This document shows positions 49,604 to 59,900 of a stretch of DNA of 64,000 nt, one piece after another. Origin of the DNA: an uncultured Oribacterium sp. (GTDB lineage Bacteria > Bacillota > Clostridia > Lachnospirales > Lachnospiraceae); contig CAUUIW010000005.1 in NCBI GenBank assembly GCA_963545355.1, forward strand, positions 7,913-71,912, given 5' to 3'. Under the pieces are notes generated by a model. The model was not told the DNA's origin, searched no databases, and saw nothing but the letters and a program-made list of their open reading frames with translations. The stretch's first letter is position 1. Every line of letters begins with the position of its first letter. Both the position numbers and the translations under genes were made by a program.

Positions 49604-50218
49604 ATGAGTGCAATAGAGATTCGGCATTTACGTAAATATTACCAAAACACTCCGGTGCTGGACGATCTCAATCTGACACTGGAGTATGGAAGCTGTGTGG
49701 GAATACTGGGTGCCAATGGCAGCGGTAAGACCACACTTCTTTCTATTCTGGCAGGCGTAGGGAGAGCGAGCGGCGGGAGCTTTCGGCTCGAGGGGAAGCC
49801 CGGATATCTGCCGCAGAACAATCCTCTTTTTGAGGAGCTGACTGTCTATGACAATCTCCGGCTGTACTATCCGGCGAAGGCTTTGAAAAAGGACAGTATG
49901 GCAGCAGAAATACCGGCGCTCGCCGTGGATCGGTATCTGAAAAAGAGAGTTCGCGACTGCAGCGGAGGGATGAAGAGAAGAGTTGCCTTTCTTGCCGCAA
50001 TTTCCTCCTCCCCTTCGATTCTGCTTCTGGATGAGCCTACCTCCGCGTTGGATCAGGAGAGCAGAGAGACAATTTACCGCTATCTTCGAGGCTTTGTCGG
50101 ACGCGGAGGACTGGTTCTTCTGGTAACGCATGACATCTCCGAGCTTCACATCTGTACACGCTGCCTTTTGATGCGGGACGGAAAACTCAGGGACAGGAAC
50201 GATGGGGATCTATCTTAA
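49604..50218 (+). CDS. ABC transporter ATP-binding protein (ABC-2/DRA type)
   Basis: GANGSGKT, CSGGMKRR, LLLDEPT and VTH. Confidence 0.93.
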   Translation: MSAIEIRHLRKYYQNTPVLDDLNLTLEYGSCVGILGANGSGKTTLLSILAGVGRASGGSFRLEGKPGYLPQNNPLFEELTVYDNLRLYYPAKALKKDSMAAEIPALAVDRYLKKRVRDCSGGMKRRVAFLAAISSSPSILLLDEPTSALDQESRETIYRYLRGFVGRGGLVLLVTHDISELHICTRCLLMRDGKLRDRNDGDLS

Positions 50219-51464
50219 TTATTTCAGATTGCAGCTGCAAAGGATGCGCCTTTTATTTCTGCCGCTTTTCTGTGCCTCCGTCCTGCTTTTCTGCCTCCTG
50301 TGTGCACTCCTCTCCGGTCTCTATCTTCGCTACCTGTCACCCGTCAGGGAAAAGCTGACGATCGGTATCGTCGGGAATGTTGCAGATTCCCCGATCGGTG
50401 TCGGCATGAATCTCTTGGAGCAGATGGATGACAGCCGATTTTCTCTTCAGTTTCGCTTTCTCGAGAGAGAAGAGGCAAGAGAAATGCTCGGCAAGGGAAG
50501 AATCCAGGGCTATCTCGAGATCCCGGAGGATTTTCTGACAGAGCTGCAGCACGGCGTCAACCGTCCGCTCCGCTATGTGACGGAAAGCTCGGCGGCACCT
50601 CTTTCTTCCGAGCTGATGCGGGAGACGGCGGAGATGGCAGTGCAGCTTCTCAGTGAGAGTGAGCGCGGCGTTTACGCCATGCAGGATATCTATCTTTCTC
50701 TGTCACTTTCGGACCTGGAAAAGGATACAAGGGAGATCAATCTGAACTATATTACTGCGGTGATGCATCGAGGCGATGTCGTTCGGGCAGAGCTTACGGA
50801 GCGCTTTCATTCGCTTTCTCCGGTACCGTACTATCTGCTTTGTGCCGTTCTTTTGCTACTGCTGTTTTCGGGTACGGCGCTTTCCGTGCTGTTTCCGGGG
50901 CGGGAGGAGCTGCGGCATCGCTATCTTGCCATGCGGGGACTCTCTTCTCCGGGACAGCTTCTGTCGGAGTGGCTCGCTTCTGTAATCCTCTTTTTCCGGC
51001 TTATTCTGGCGTTGTCCGCCATGCTTCTTTTGCTGCTTTTTGGCGGAAGAGTGACAGCTGCTTTTGGCGCTTCGGGGAAATTTCCTTTTGCGGAGCTTTC
51101 CGGGCTTCCGGCATTTTCCTTTTTTCGCCTTGCTGCCCTGGAGCTTCGGCTGCTGCCTGTTCTTTTTCTGATCTGTGCCCTGCATTTTTTCTGCCATGAA
51201 TGTTTTTCCGGCTCTGTTGCTGCGATTTTACTGGATTTTCTGCTTTCCCTTTCCCTTTCCTATCTTTCTGGGCTCTTTTATCCGAGCTCCTTTTTTCCGA
51301 AGGAATGGAGAACGCTTTTAAAGCTGCAGCCGGTCGGCGCCGCAAAACAGTATCTCACGGAGCTTTTCTACTTTGAGCAGTCCTCGCCCTTTATTCTTTT
51401 CCTCTGGACTGCCGTCTTTCTGCTGCTCTGTATCGTTATACGGGAAAGGAGGATACGAGGATGA
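50202..51464 (+). CDS. ABC-2 type exporter permease with extracellular domain
   Basis: TM1, extracellular loop (IPEDF), then multiple TMs with LSGLFYP; overlaps the ATPase gene. Confidence 0.8.
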   Translation: MGIYLNYFRLQLQRMRLLFLPLFCASVLLFCLLCALLSGLYLRYLSPVREKLTIGIVGNVADSPIGVGMNLLEQMDDSRFSLQFRFLEREEAREMLGKGRIQGYLEIPEDFLTELQHGVNRPLRYVTESSAAPLSSELMRETAEMAVQLLSESERGVYAMQDIYLSLSLSDLEKDTREINLNYITAVMHRGDVVRAELTERFHSLSPVPYYLLCAVLLLLLFSGTALSVLFPGREELRHRYLAMRGLSSPGQLLSEWLASVILFFRLILALSAMLLLLLFGGRVTAAFGASGKFPFAELSGLPAFSFFRLAALELRLLPVLFLICALHFFCHECFSGSVAAILLDFLLSLSLSYLSGLFYPSSFFPKEWRTLLKLQPVGAAKQYLTELFYFEQSSPFILFLWTAVFLLLCIVIRERRIRG

Positions 51465-52591
51465 GGCTTTCCACCGGTTTTCCCCTCCTGTTCTGGACAG
51501 CCTGCAAACGTCTGTATCGAAACGGAATCTTTTTTGCCCTGCTTCTGGGCATGCTCCTGCTTCTGCTGTTTTCCTCGCTGATCCGGGGAAGAGAAGAGGG
51601 TGTACTCACTGTCGGCATCCTTCCGAAGGAGGCAATCGGACAGAAAATCGCCCGGCAGCTGGAAGAGCACGGCACAGCGCTTATTCGCTATATGCCCTGT
51701 GAAAGCGAGGAAGAGGCAAAGGAGAAGGTGGAGAGAGGGGAATGGGATGCCGCGTGGATTTTTGAGGAAAGGCTCTCCGAGAAGATTGCGCATTACGGTA
51801 TAAAACGAACTTCTCTTGTGAAAAGCTATGAGACGAAGGACAGCGTCCTGTCTGAGCTTGCCAGAAACTCCCTGTACCGTGCGCTTTACCCCTATCTTTC
51901 CTACTCCATTTACCGGAACTTCATGGAGAAGAAGCTGGGAAACCGGCTTTCGGAAGAGAGCCTTCGGTCATACTATGACATGCAGCACACGGATCGGGAT
52001 TTTCTGACGATTGAAGATCTCTCCGGAACGGAAATCCATCCGGAGAAGAACCTTCTGCTGTCTCCGCTCCGCGGGCTTCTTTCGGTATGGCTTTTCATCG
52101 CGTCTCTCATCGGGGGCATGCTCTTTTTGAAGGAAGAAAAGGAGGGACTTTACAACCATCTCCCGAAGCGGGAGAGGGATGCTTTCGCGTTTCTGTCTGT
52201 CCTCGCCCTGCTTTCCCATCTTTATCTGCTGCTCTTTCTGCTGCTTTTTTTTCATCACGGGAATGCACCGCTTCCGAGAGAGATAATTGGTGGAGGCTTT
52301 CTGGTGCTGACGCTTGCCTGTTTCTCGGAGATCATGAGAAAACTGCTTTGCGATCTGTACCGCATCGCGGCGCTGCTTCCTGCCCTGCTGCTTCTTTCTC
52401 TTCTGATCAACCCGATTTTCCTGGATCTTCCCTTTGGCATCGTCCGTTTTCTCTCCCCTGTCTATCCCTATCTCCGTTATATGAGAGGAGGAAATGCGGC
52501 AGTTCTTTCTGTGTATGCTCTGGCGCTGCTTCTGCTTTCCTCCGGATGGAGCAGAGTATCCTCTCCGGGATCTGGTATAAATGAACTGTAG
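51461..52591 (+). CDS. ABC-2 type exporter permease (second subunit)
   Basis: Same TM-loop-multi-TM layout; ATGA overlap with the previous gene. Confidence 0.75.
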   Translation: MRLSTGFPLLFWTACKRLYRNGIFFALLLGMLLLLLFSSLIRGREEGVLTVGILPKEAIGQKIARQLEEHGTALIRYMPCESEEEAKEKVERGEWDAAWIFEERLSEKIAHYGIKRTSLVKSYETKDSVLSELARNSLYRALYPYLSYSIYRNFMEKKLGNRLSEESLRSYYDMQHTDRDFLTIEDLSGTEIHPEKNLLLSPLRGLLSVWLFIASLIGGMLFLKEEKEGLYNHLPKRERDAFAFLSVLALLSHLYLLLFLLLFFHHGNAPLPREIIGGGFLVLTLACFSEIMRKLLCDLYRIAALLPALLLLSLLINPIFLDLPFGIVRFLSPVYPYLRYMRGGNAAVLSVYALALLLLSSGWSRVSSPGSGINEL

Positions 52592-52607
52592 AAATTATAC
52601 ATTAAAC

Positions 52608-52636
52608 TTGTGTATTTCCGCGGATTTTAGTACAAT
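52608..52636 (+). promoter_or_regulatory. Probable promoter for the EF-G paralog
   Basis: TTGTGT, 17 nt spacer, TACAAT. Confidence 0.5.
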
Positions 52637-52687
52637 AATTCTAAAATATTCGAGGCTTGAGAGTCTTAAGCACAGGAGGAAGGCAAT

Positions 52688-54793
52688 ATGAAGGTTTATG
52701 ACACTGGCAACATACGCAACGTGGTTCTTTTGGGACATGGTGGCGCTGGAAAGACCACCGTTGCCGAGGCACTGTGCTACGTTACCGGCGTAACAAAGCG
52801 TATGGGTTCGGTTCCGGACGGAACCACCATTTCCGACTATGATAAAGAGGAAAAGAAGCGGAAGTTCTCGATTCAGACTTCGGTGATTCCCTTGGAATAC
52901 AAGGGGGAGGGCGGAGAGTACAAGATCAATCTTCTGGATACTCCGGGATACTTCGATTTTGTGGGAGAAGCGGAGGAGGCTGTTTCTGTGGCGGATGCCG
53001 CCATTATCGTGGTGAATTGCAAGGCGGGGATTGAGCCGGGCACGGTAAAAGCCTGGGAGCTTTGCGAGAGATGTCAGCTGCCGAGACTGTTCTTTGTCAC
53101 CAACATGGATGATGATCACGCTTCCTACCGCCAGCTGGTGCTGGATCTCGAGAAGAGATTCGGACGCTCCGTGGCGCCGTTCCAGCTGCCGATTCGTGAG
53201 AATGAGAAGTTTGTCGGCTTTGTCAATGTCGTCAAGATGGCGGGACGCCGTTTCACCAGGCTCAATGAATATGAGCCCTGTGAAATTCCGGATTATGTGG
53301 AGAAGAATCTCGGCATTGCCAGAAATGCGCTCCTTGAGGCAGTGGCGGAAACTTCGGATGAATTTATGGAGAAGTATTTCTCGGGAGAAGATTTTACGGT
53401 GGAGGAGATTCAGAGCGCACTGAAGTCTAACGTAAAGTCTGCCAGTATTGCCCCGGTGCTTATGGGCTCCGGCGTCAATGTACAGGGCTTCAATGTCCTT
53501 CTCCAGATTATCGAAAAGTATTTCCCCGCACCGGATGAGTTTGAGACTGTCGGTGTGGATGCGTCCACCGGAGAGAGATTTACGGCAAAGTATAATTCTG
53601 AAGCCTCTCTTTCCGCCAGGGTCTTTAAGACCATTGCAGATCCCTTTATGGGCAAGTACAGTCTTCTGAAGGTCTGCACGGGAACACTCAAGGCAAATAC
53701 GGAAATCTACAATGTCAATAAGGAAAGCTCCGAGAAAATCGGCAAGCTCTATATCCTCCGCGGCGGAGAGTCCATGGAGGTCAGCGAGATCCGTTCCGGC
53801 GATATCGGCGCTGCTTCCAAGCTTTCTGTGACAGAGACCGGAGACACGATTGCGCTTCGCAATGTGCCGGTGCTCTACCACGGACCGCAGTTTTCCGTCC
53901 CCTATACCTACATGGCATTCCGCGCAGAGAACAAGTCCGAGGAGGATAAGCTCAGTACGGCACTTTCCCGTATGATGGAGGAGGATCATACCCTGAAGCT
54001 GGCAGCAGATCCGGAGAACCGTCAGAGTCTCCTCTACGCGATCGGAGACCAGCAGCTGGAGGTGCTGAAGTCCCGTCTGAGGGAGCGCTACAATGTCGGT
54101 ATTGTCCTCGAGAAGCCGAGGTTTGCCTATCGTGAGACGATCCGTAAGGTTGTAAAGGTACAGGGCAAGTACAAGAAGCAGTCCGGCGGACACGGGCAGT
54201 ACGGTGATGTCATCATGGAATTCGGTCCGAGCGAAGACGAGGAGAAGCCCTATGTCTTTGAGGAAAAGGTGTTCGGCGGCTCTGTTCCGAGAAACTTCTT
54301 CCCGGCGGTGGAAAAGGGAGTGCAGGAATGCTGCAAGAAAGGACCGCTCGCAGGCTATCCGGTTGTGGGACTCAAGGCAACTCTCCTCGACGGCTCCTAT
54401 CATCCGGTGGATTCCTCGGAGCAGGCATTCAAGACAGCGGCTTCCTTCGCTTTTAAAGACGGATTTATGAAGGCACAGCCGATTCTCCTGGAGCCGATCG
54501 CCAGCCTGAAGGTCACGGTTCCGGACAGCAATACCGGGGATATCATGGGTGACCTCAACAAGCGCCGCGGACGTGTGTTAGGTATGAATGCACTGCATAA
54601 CGGCAAGCAGATGATTGAGGCGGAAATTCCGATGAGCAATCTCTTCGGTTACAACACGGACCTCCGCTCCATGACCGGCGGCGCCGGAGTCTATTCCTAT
54701 GAGTTTGTCCGCTATGAGATGACTCCCGGGGATATCCAGAATCAGGTCGTTGCCGAGGCGAAAGCACTTGAAGCGGAGGAGGGAAAGGACTAG
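52688..54793 (+). CDS. Elongation factor G paralog (EF-G2-like, outside the str operon)
   Basis: GHGGAGKT, DTPGYFDF, YRETI, KQSGGHGQYG and DGSYHPVDSSE; variant switch I (RKFSI) and G4 (TNMD). Confidence 0.92.
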   Translation: MKVYDTGNIRNVVLLGHGGAGKTTVAEALCYVTGVTKRMGSVPDGTTISDYDKEEKKRKFSIQTSVIPLEYKGEGGEYKINLLDTPGYFDFVGEAEEAVSVADAAIIVVNCKAGIEPGTVKAWELCERCQLPRLFFVTNMDDDHASYRQLVLDLEKRFGRSVAPFQLPIRENEKFVGFVNVVKMAGRRFTRLNEYEPCEIPDYVEKNLGIARNALLEAVAETSDEFMEKYFSGEDFTVEEIQSALKSNVKSASIAPVLMGSGVNVQGFNVLLQIIEKYFPAPDEFETVGVDASTGERFTAKYNSEASLSARVFKTIADPFMGKYSLLKVCTGTLKANTEIYNVNKESSEKIGKLYILRGGESMEVSEIRSGDIGAASKLSVTETGDTIALRNVPVLYHGPQFSVPYTYMAFRAENKSEEDKLSTALSRMMEEDHTLKLAADPENRQSLLYAIGDQQLEVLKSRLRERYNVGIVLEKPRFAYRETIRKVVKVQGKYKKQSGGHGQYGDVIMEFGPSEDEEKPYVFEEKVFGGSVPRNFFPAVEKGVQECCKKGPLAGYPVVGLKATLLDGSYHPVDSSEQAFKTAASFAFKDGFMKAQPILLEPIASLKVTVPDSNTGDIMGDLNKRRGRVLGMNALHNGKQMIEAEIPMSNLFGYNTDLRSMTGGAGVYSYEFVRYEMTPGDIQNQVVAEAKALEAEEGKD

Positions 54794-54845
54794 TTGTAAG
54801 CGCGGGAGTCCCGCTTCCGTAAAATATGCGTCGGAAAATGATTCG

Positions 54846-54873
54846 GATAAGACCCCAGAGATGGGGTCTTATC
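54846..54873. terminator. Perfect 12 bp hairpin after the EF-G paralog (terminator or stabiliser)
   Basis: GATAAGACCCCA-GAGA-TGGGGTCTTATC; weak U tract. Confidence 0.6.
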
Positions 54874-54890
54874 TCATATCTTCCGCAAGC

Positions 54891-54919
54891 TTGACCCCGC
54901 AGGGGAAATCATCTAAAAT
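54891..54919 (+). promoter_or_regulatory. sigmaA promoter for plsX-acpP-rnc-smc-ftsY
   Basis: TTGACC, 17 nt spacer, TAAAAT. Confidence 0.65.
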
Positions 54920-54972
54920 CTATGGGTTAAATTGTACTTTCCGCGTTGAGCGGTAAAGATAAAGGAGAAACT

Positions 54973-56010
54973 ATGATCAGAATTGCAGTGGATGCCATGG
55001 GAGGAGACGAAGCGCCGAAGGCAATTGTCGACGGAGCACTCCGGGCACTTCCGGGCAACCCGGAACTGAAGCTCCTGTTCTATGGTCCGAGGGAAACTGT
55101 CGAGAGCTGTCTTTCCGGCCGTTCCTATCAGGAGGAGCAGGTGAAGGTGATCGACGCACCGACGCTGATTTCCCTTCATGAGTCTCCGGTGCTGGCGATT
55201 CGACGTAAAAAGGATTCCGGCATTGTGATGGGGATGCACGCCGTAAAGAACGGAGAGGCGGATGCATTCCTGTCTGCGGGTTCCAGCGGAGCCATCCTTG
55301 CCGGCGGTCAGCTGATTGTCGGTCGTATCAGGGGAATTCAGAGACCTCCTCTGGCGGCATTGATTCCGACAAGGTCCGGCGTATGCCTTCTGACGGACTG
55401 CGGCGCCAATGTCGATGCAAAGCCGGAGTGGCTTCAGCAGTTTGCAAAGATGGGTTCCGTCTACTTTGAAAACATGCTCGGCAAGAGGGAACCGACGGTA
55501 GGGCTTGTCAATATCGGTGCCGAGGAGGAAAAGGGGAACACGCTGGTAAAGGAGGCGATGGGACTCCTGAAGGAAACGGAAGGAATCCGTTTTATCGGCT
55601 CTGTGGAGGCGAGAGATATCGTGGAGGGCAGCTGCGATGTGGTAATTGCGGATGCCTTTGTCGGCAATGTTGTCCTGAAGATGTATGAGGGTGTCGGCAG
55701 GATGCTGCTCTCGGAGATCACGGAGACCCTTAAACACTCCGGTGTAAAGACACTGATCGGTGCTGCTCTGATTCGGGGAGCCTTAAAGAGCAGCCTGAGC
55801 AAGTTTGACGCGAAGCAGTATGGCGGTGCCCCCATTCTGGGACTCAGAAATCTGGTCGTCAAGGTACACGGCAATACCGACGGACGGGAGGTCACCAATG
55901 CCATTCAGCAATGCGTCGACTTCGTTCACAGGGATATCGTGAAGAAAATCGAGGAAACCATCGAGGTGGAAGCCCTGAATACAGCTCCGCCAGCAGAGCA
56001 GAAGCAGTAA
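54973..56010 (+). CDS. plsX: Phosphate acyltransferase PlsX
   Basis: IAVDAMGGD, SAGSSGA, DCGAN, NIGAEEEKG, GNVVLK and GGAPILG. Confidence 0.96.
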   Translation: MIRIAVDAMGGDEAPKAIVDGALRALPGNPELKLLFYGPRETVESCLSGRSYQEEQVKVIDAPTLISLHESPVLAIRRKKDSGIVMGMHAVKNGEADAFLSAGSSGAILAGGQLIVGRIRGIQRPPLAALIPTRSGVCLLTDCGANVDAKPEWLQQFAKMGSVYFENMLGKREPTVGLVNIGAEEEKGNTLVKEAMGLLKETEGIRFIGSVEARDIVEGSCDVVIADAFVGNVVLKMYEGVGRMLLSEITETLKHSGVKTLIGAALIRGALKSSLSKFDAKQYGGAPILGLRNLVVKVHGNTDGREVTNAIQQCVDFVHRDIVKKIEETIEVEALNTAPPAEQKQ

Positions 56011-56046
56011 TTTACCCTAAGGCTACAAAAATCACAGGAGAGAACC

Positions 56047-56280
56047 ATGGAATTTGAACGTTTAAAGAAAATCATCGCGTCAGAAATGAGCGGAGTGGAA
56101 GAAGACAGAATTACGATGGAGTCCCGTTTTGTCGAGGATCTCGGTGCCGATTCTCTCGATGTCGTACAGATCGTCATGGCAATCGAGGAGCAGTTTAAGA
56201 TAGAAATCCCGGATGATGCGGCAGAAAAGATTCATACGGTCGGGGAAGCGGTCAAGGCCATTCAGGGGGCAATGCAGTAA
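56047..56280 (+). CDS. acpP: Acyl carrier protein
   Basis: DLGADSLD phosphopantetheine motif; 77 aa acidic protein. Confidence 0.96.
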   Translation: MEFERLKKIIASEMSGVEEDRITMESRFVEDLGADSLDVVQIVMAIEEQFKIEIPDDAAEKIHTVGEAVKAIQGAMQ

Positions 56281-56993
56281 TGCGGAAGTTCCGTGAAATT
56301 CAGAGTCTGATGCATTATATCGGCTATCCGTTTCAGAATCCTTCTCTCCTGCAGCACGCCCTGATTCATCCGTCCTACGCGAATGAGCAGGGCGAGCCGA
56401 AGGAGGCCTCCAATCAAAGACTGGAATTTCTGGGAGATGCGGTACTGGAGCTCTGTTCCAGTGATTTTCTGTTCCAGCGTCAACCGATGATGCAGGAAGG
56501 TGTCATGACCAAGATGCGAGCTGCGCTGGTGTGTGAACCCACACTGGCAGATGCTGCAAGGCAGATCCATCTTGGTGATTACATCATCTTGGGAAACGGA
56601 GAGACAAGGGAGGGTATCGTCCTCCGGGACTCCGTGCTTTCCGATGCCTTTGAAGCGGTGATTGCCGCAATCTATCTTGACGGCGGACTGGAACAGGCAA
56701 GACGCTTCATTCTGCGCTTTGTACTGAATGATATTGAAAATAAACAGCTCTTTCATGATGCGAAAACAATGCTTCAGGAATACTGCGCGAAGCACAGGAT
56801 TGAGGAAAGCTACGAGATTCTGAGGGAAATGGGACTCGATCATCAGAAGATTTTTGAGATTTCCGTGTCTCTTGACGGTGTGTTCTATGGAACCGGAGAG
56901 GGTCCTTCCAAGAAAAAAGCGGAACAGCAGGCAGCATACCAGGCACTTCAGCGGATCAGGGTGGATACCGGATATGTATTTAAAATCGATTGA
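56280..56993 (+). CDS. rnc: Ribonuclease III
   Basis: NQRLEFLGDAVL, SDAFEAVIAAIYLDGG and dsRBD (AKTMLQE, SKKKAEQ). Confidence 0.96.
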   Translation: MRKFREIQSLMHYIGYPFQNPSLLQHALIHPSYANEQGEPKEASNQRLEFLGDAVLELCSSDFLFQRQPMMQEGVMTKMRAALVCEPTLADAARQIHLGDYIILGNGETREGIVLRDSVLSDAFEAVIAAIYLDGGLEQARRFILRFVLNDIENKQLFHDAKTMLQEYCAKHRIEESYEILREMGLDHQKIFEISVSLDGVFYGTGEGPSKKKAEQQAAYQALQRIRVDTGYVFKID

Positions 56994-59900
56994 AATTCAG
57001 GGCTTTAAATCCTTTGCCAATAAGACGGTGCTTGACTTCAGCAAGGGAATCACCGGGATTGTCGGTCCCAACGGCTCCGGAAAGTCCAATATCTCCGATG
57101 CGGTTCGCTGGGTGCTGGGAGAGCAGAAGGTCAAGCAGCTCCGCGGTTCCTCCATGCAGGATGTGATTTTCTCCGGTACGAAGCTCCGGCGCCCGCAGAG
57201 CTTTGCCTATGTGGCGATCACGCTCAGTAACGAGGATCATTCCCTGAATCTGGGATACCCGGAGGTTACCATTGCCCGCAGGCTCTACCGGAGCGGCGAG
57301 TCGGAGTACCGTATCAACGGGACGGAATGCAGGCTCAGGGATATCAATGAGCTTTTTTATGATACCGGTATCGGAAAAGAAGGCTATTCCATCATCGGAC
57401 AGGGACAGATTGACAAGATTCTTTCCGGAAAAGCGGAGGAGAGACGCGCACTTTTCGATGAAGCAGTCGGGATTGTAAAGTTCAAGCGGAGAAAGGCACA
57501 GGCGGAGCAGAAGCTTACGGAAGAGCACGGGAATCTCACGAGGGTGACGGACATCCTGCATGAGCTGGAGCTGCAGGTGGGACCACTGGAAAAACAGGCA
57601 GAGCAGGCAAAGGGCTATCTCACTCTTCGTGACAGCCTGATTTCCGAGGAGGCCTCCCTGTATCTCCGGGAGGTATCCGAGATTGAAGGCACACTTTCCG
57701 AGGTCACGGAGAATCAGGAGCTGGTACAGAAGGATCTTGCGAATCTTCGACGGGAATCCATGCAGCTTTCCGGGGAGTATGACCGCATCTCCGGGGAAAT
57801 CCAAACGACGGAGGAGACGATCCGAAACACGGAGAGTGCCATCAAGAAGGCGGATCTTCTGAGATCCAATCTCTCCGGGCAGATAGATGTGCTGCAGGAG
57901 CAGATTCACGCAGAGGAGAACAATCGCCGGCATTACGAGGACAGGATACAGACCCTGAAGGAAACGGAGTTTTCCACGATAGCCTCCCTGGAGGATGATC
58001 TGTCCCGTCTTTCCTATATGAAAGAAAAGCTTCTCTTTATTCTGGAAAACGGAGACGCTGAGGTCGATAAGGAGAATGTCTCTCTGGATCTGGAGCTGAT
58101 CCGGAATGCGAAATCTGAGGCGGAGGCCGTTGTCAGATCCTGCAGAGGAGAGGATTATGCACTGGAGATTCGCCCCTATCAGGAAGAAAAGCCGGCAGCC
58201 GCTCTTCCGGGCGGGGAGATCAGCTCACAGCTCGATGAAAAGAGAAATTCATTAAAGGTACTGGAGGAAAAGATTCTGCGTCTTCATCAAGGCTGTGAAG
58301 AAAGCAGCCAAAACCTGCAGTCCCTGCTTCGGGACAGAGAGGATCAGATCCGGGGAATGGAGCAGAGGCGGCGGGAGAGAGATCAGGAGAGAAGCCGTTT
58401 TGAGGCGCTTCAGAACCTGGCGGAGCGCTATGAGGGCTTCGGACATGCCGTGAAGTCGGTTATGGACCGGAAAAACAGCGTTCATGGGATCCATGGTACG
58501 GTTGCCGATCTGATTCCGGTTCCGAAAAAATACGAAACTGCCATGGAGACGGCGCTCGGAAGTGCTGTCCAGAATATCGTGACAGAGGATGAGAGAACCG
58601 CAAAGCAGATGATTCAATATCTGAAGGAGCATCGTCTCGGGCGTGCCACCTTCCTGCCGCTTGACAATATCCGTGGCAGAAGGGATGAAAGATGCGTACA
58701 GGCGTCCCATCTTCCGGGAGCATTGGGACTTGCCTCCGATCTGATCGAGGTGCCGGAAATGTATCAAAATCTGTCGGAATATCTTCTGGGACGAGTGCTG
58801 GTCGTTGACAGTATGGATCACGCTCTCGAGATTCAGAGACAGAATCGCCAGTCCCTCCGGATTGTCACCCTTGAGGGAGAGCTGCTGAACCCGGGAGGCT
58901 CTATCTCGGGCGGAGCGTATCGCAATTCCTCCAATCTGATGAGCCGTAAGAGAGAGCTTGAGGAGCTTCGCGTACATATCGAAAAACTGGAGCGGGAGGT
59001 ACAGGAACGAAAGGCGGCAGTGCAGGAGAGCACGGAGAAAAGCCACGAAATACAGCAGGAGCTTGCGAGACAGCAGGCTGAGATCTCCGAGCAGGAGCTG
59101 AAGCTCAATAATGAAAAGCTTGCGATAGCGTCTCAGCTGAACATCGAGTATTCGACGCTGACCACCAGAACCGACTTTGTTACGGAGGATGTCCATCGTC
59201 TCGCATCACAGCTCAGCGAAGCCTTTGAGGAGCGTATTAATCAGGAACGGGATTCTCTCGCGTCAGACGGGCTTCTGAAGGAAAAACAGGAGAAGATCGT
59301 CTCTCTGGAAACCCTGATCCGGGAGACCGGAGAGGATGCGGAGAGGGCTGCCGGCAGCATCCGGAGTCTGGAGCAGAAAAAGGCGGAGCTCTCCGAGCAG
59401 CAGAAGAGCTTCTTCGGGAAGAAGGACGAGCTTTCGGAAAAGCTTCTCTCCATGGAAAAGGAATCCATGCGCGTGCAGAATCTGAGGGCACAGAAGGAGC
59501 AGCGGCTGGAGGCATTGTCCCAGTACATGCTGGAGGAATATCAGCTCAGCTATTCGATGACGAGGGAGAGATACTCGGAGAAAACAGAATTCTCCCTGTC
59601 AGAGCTTCGAAAATCGGTGCAGAGCCTGAAGGCGGAAATCAAAGCCCTGGGTCCCGTCAATCTCGATGCGATCGAGCAGTTTAAGGAGATCGGAGAAAGA
59701 TACCGCTTCCTGAAGCAGCAGTATGAGGATCTTGTCGCGTCCGAGGAAAAGCTGCAGACGATTATCCATGATCTGGACCATGGGATGCGGAAGCAGTTCC
59801 AGGAGAACTTTGCCAGAATTCAGACAGAGTTCAACAATGTCTTTCGTATTCTTTTCGGCGGCGGTCAGGGCAGGATAGAGCTGGAGACCGGGGAGCAGGA

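Noticed and set aside
56410..56445. RNase III signature QRLEFLGD instead of ERLEFLGD
   Set aside because: A commonly seen variant; the metal-binding acidic residues (EFLGD, DAFE) are intact
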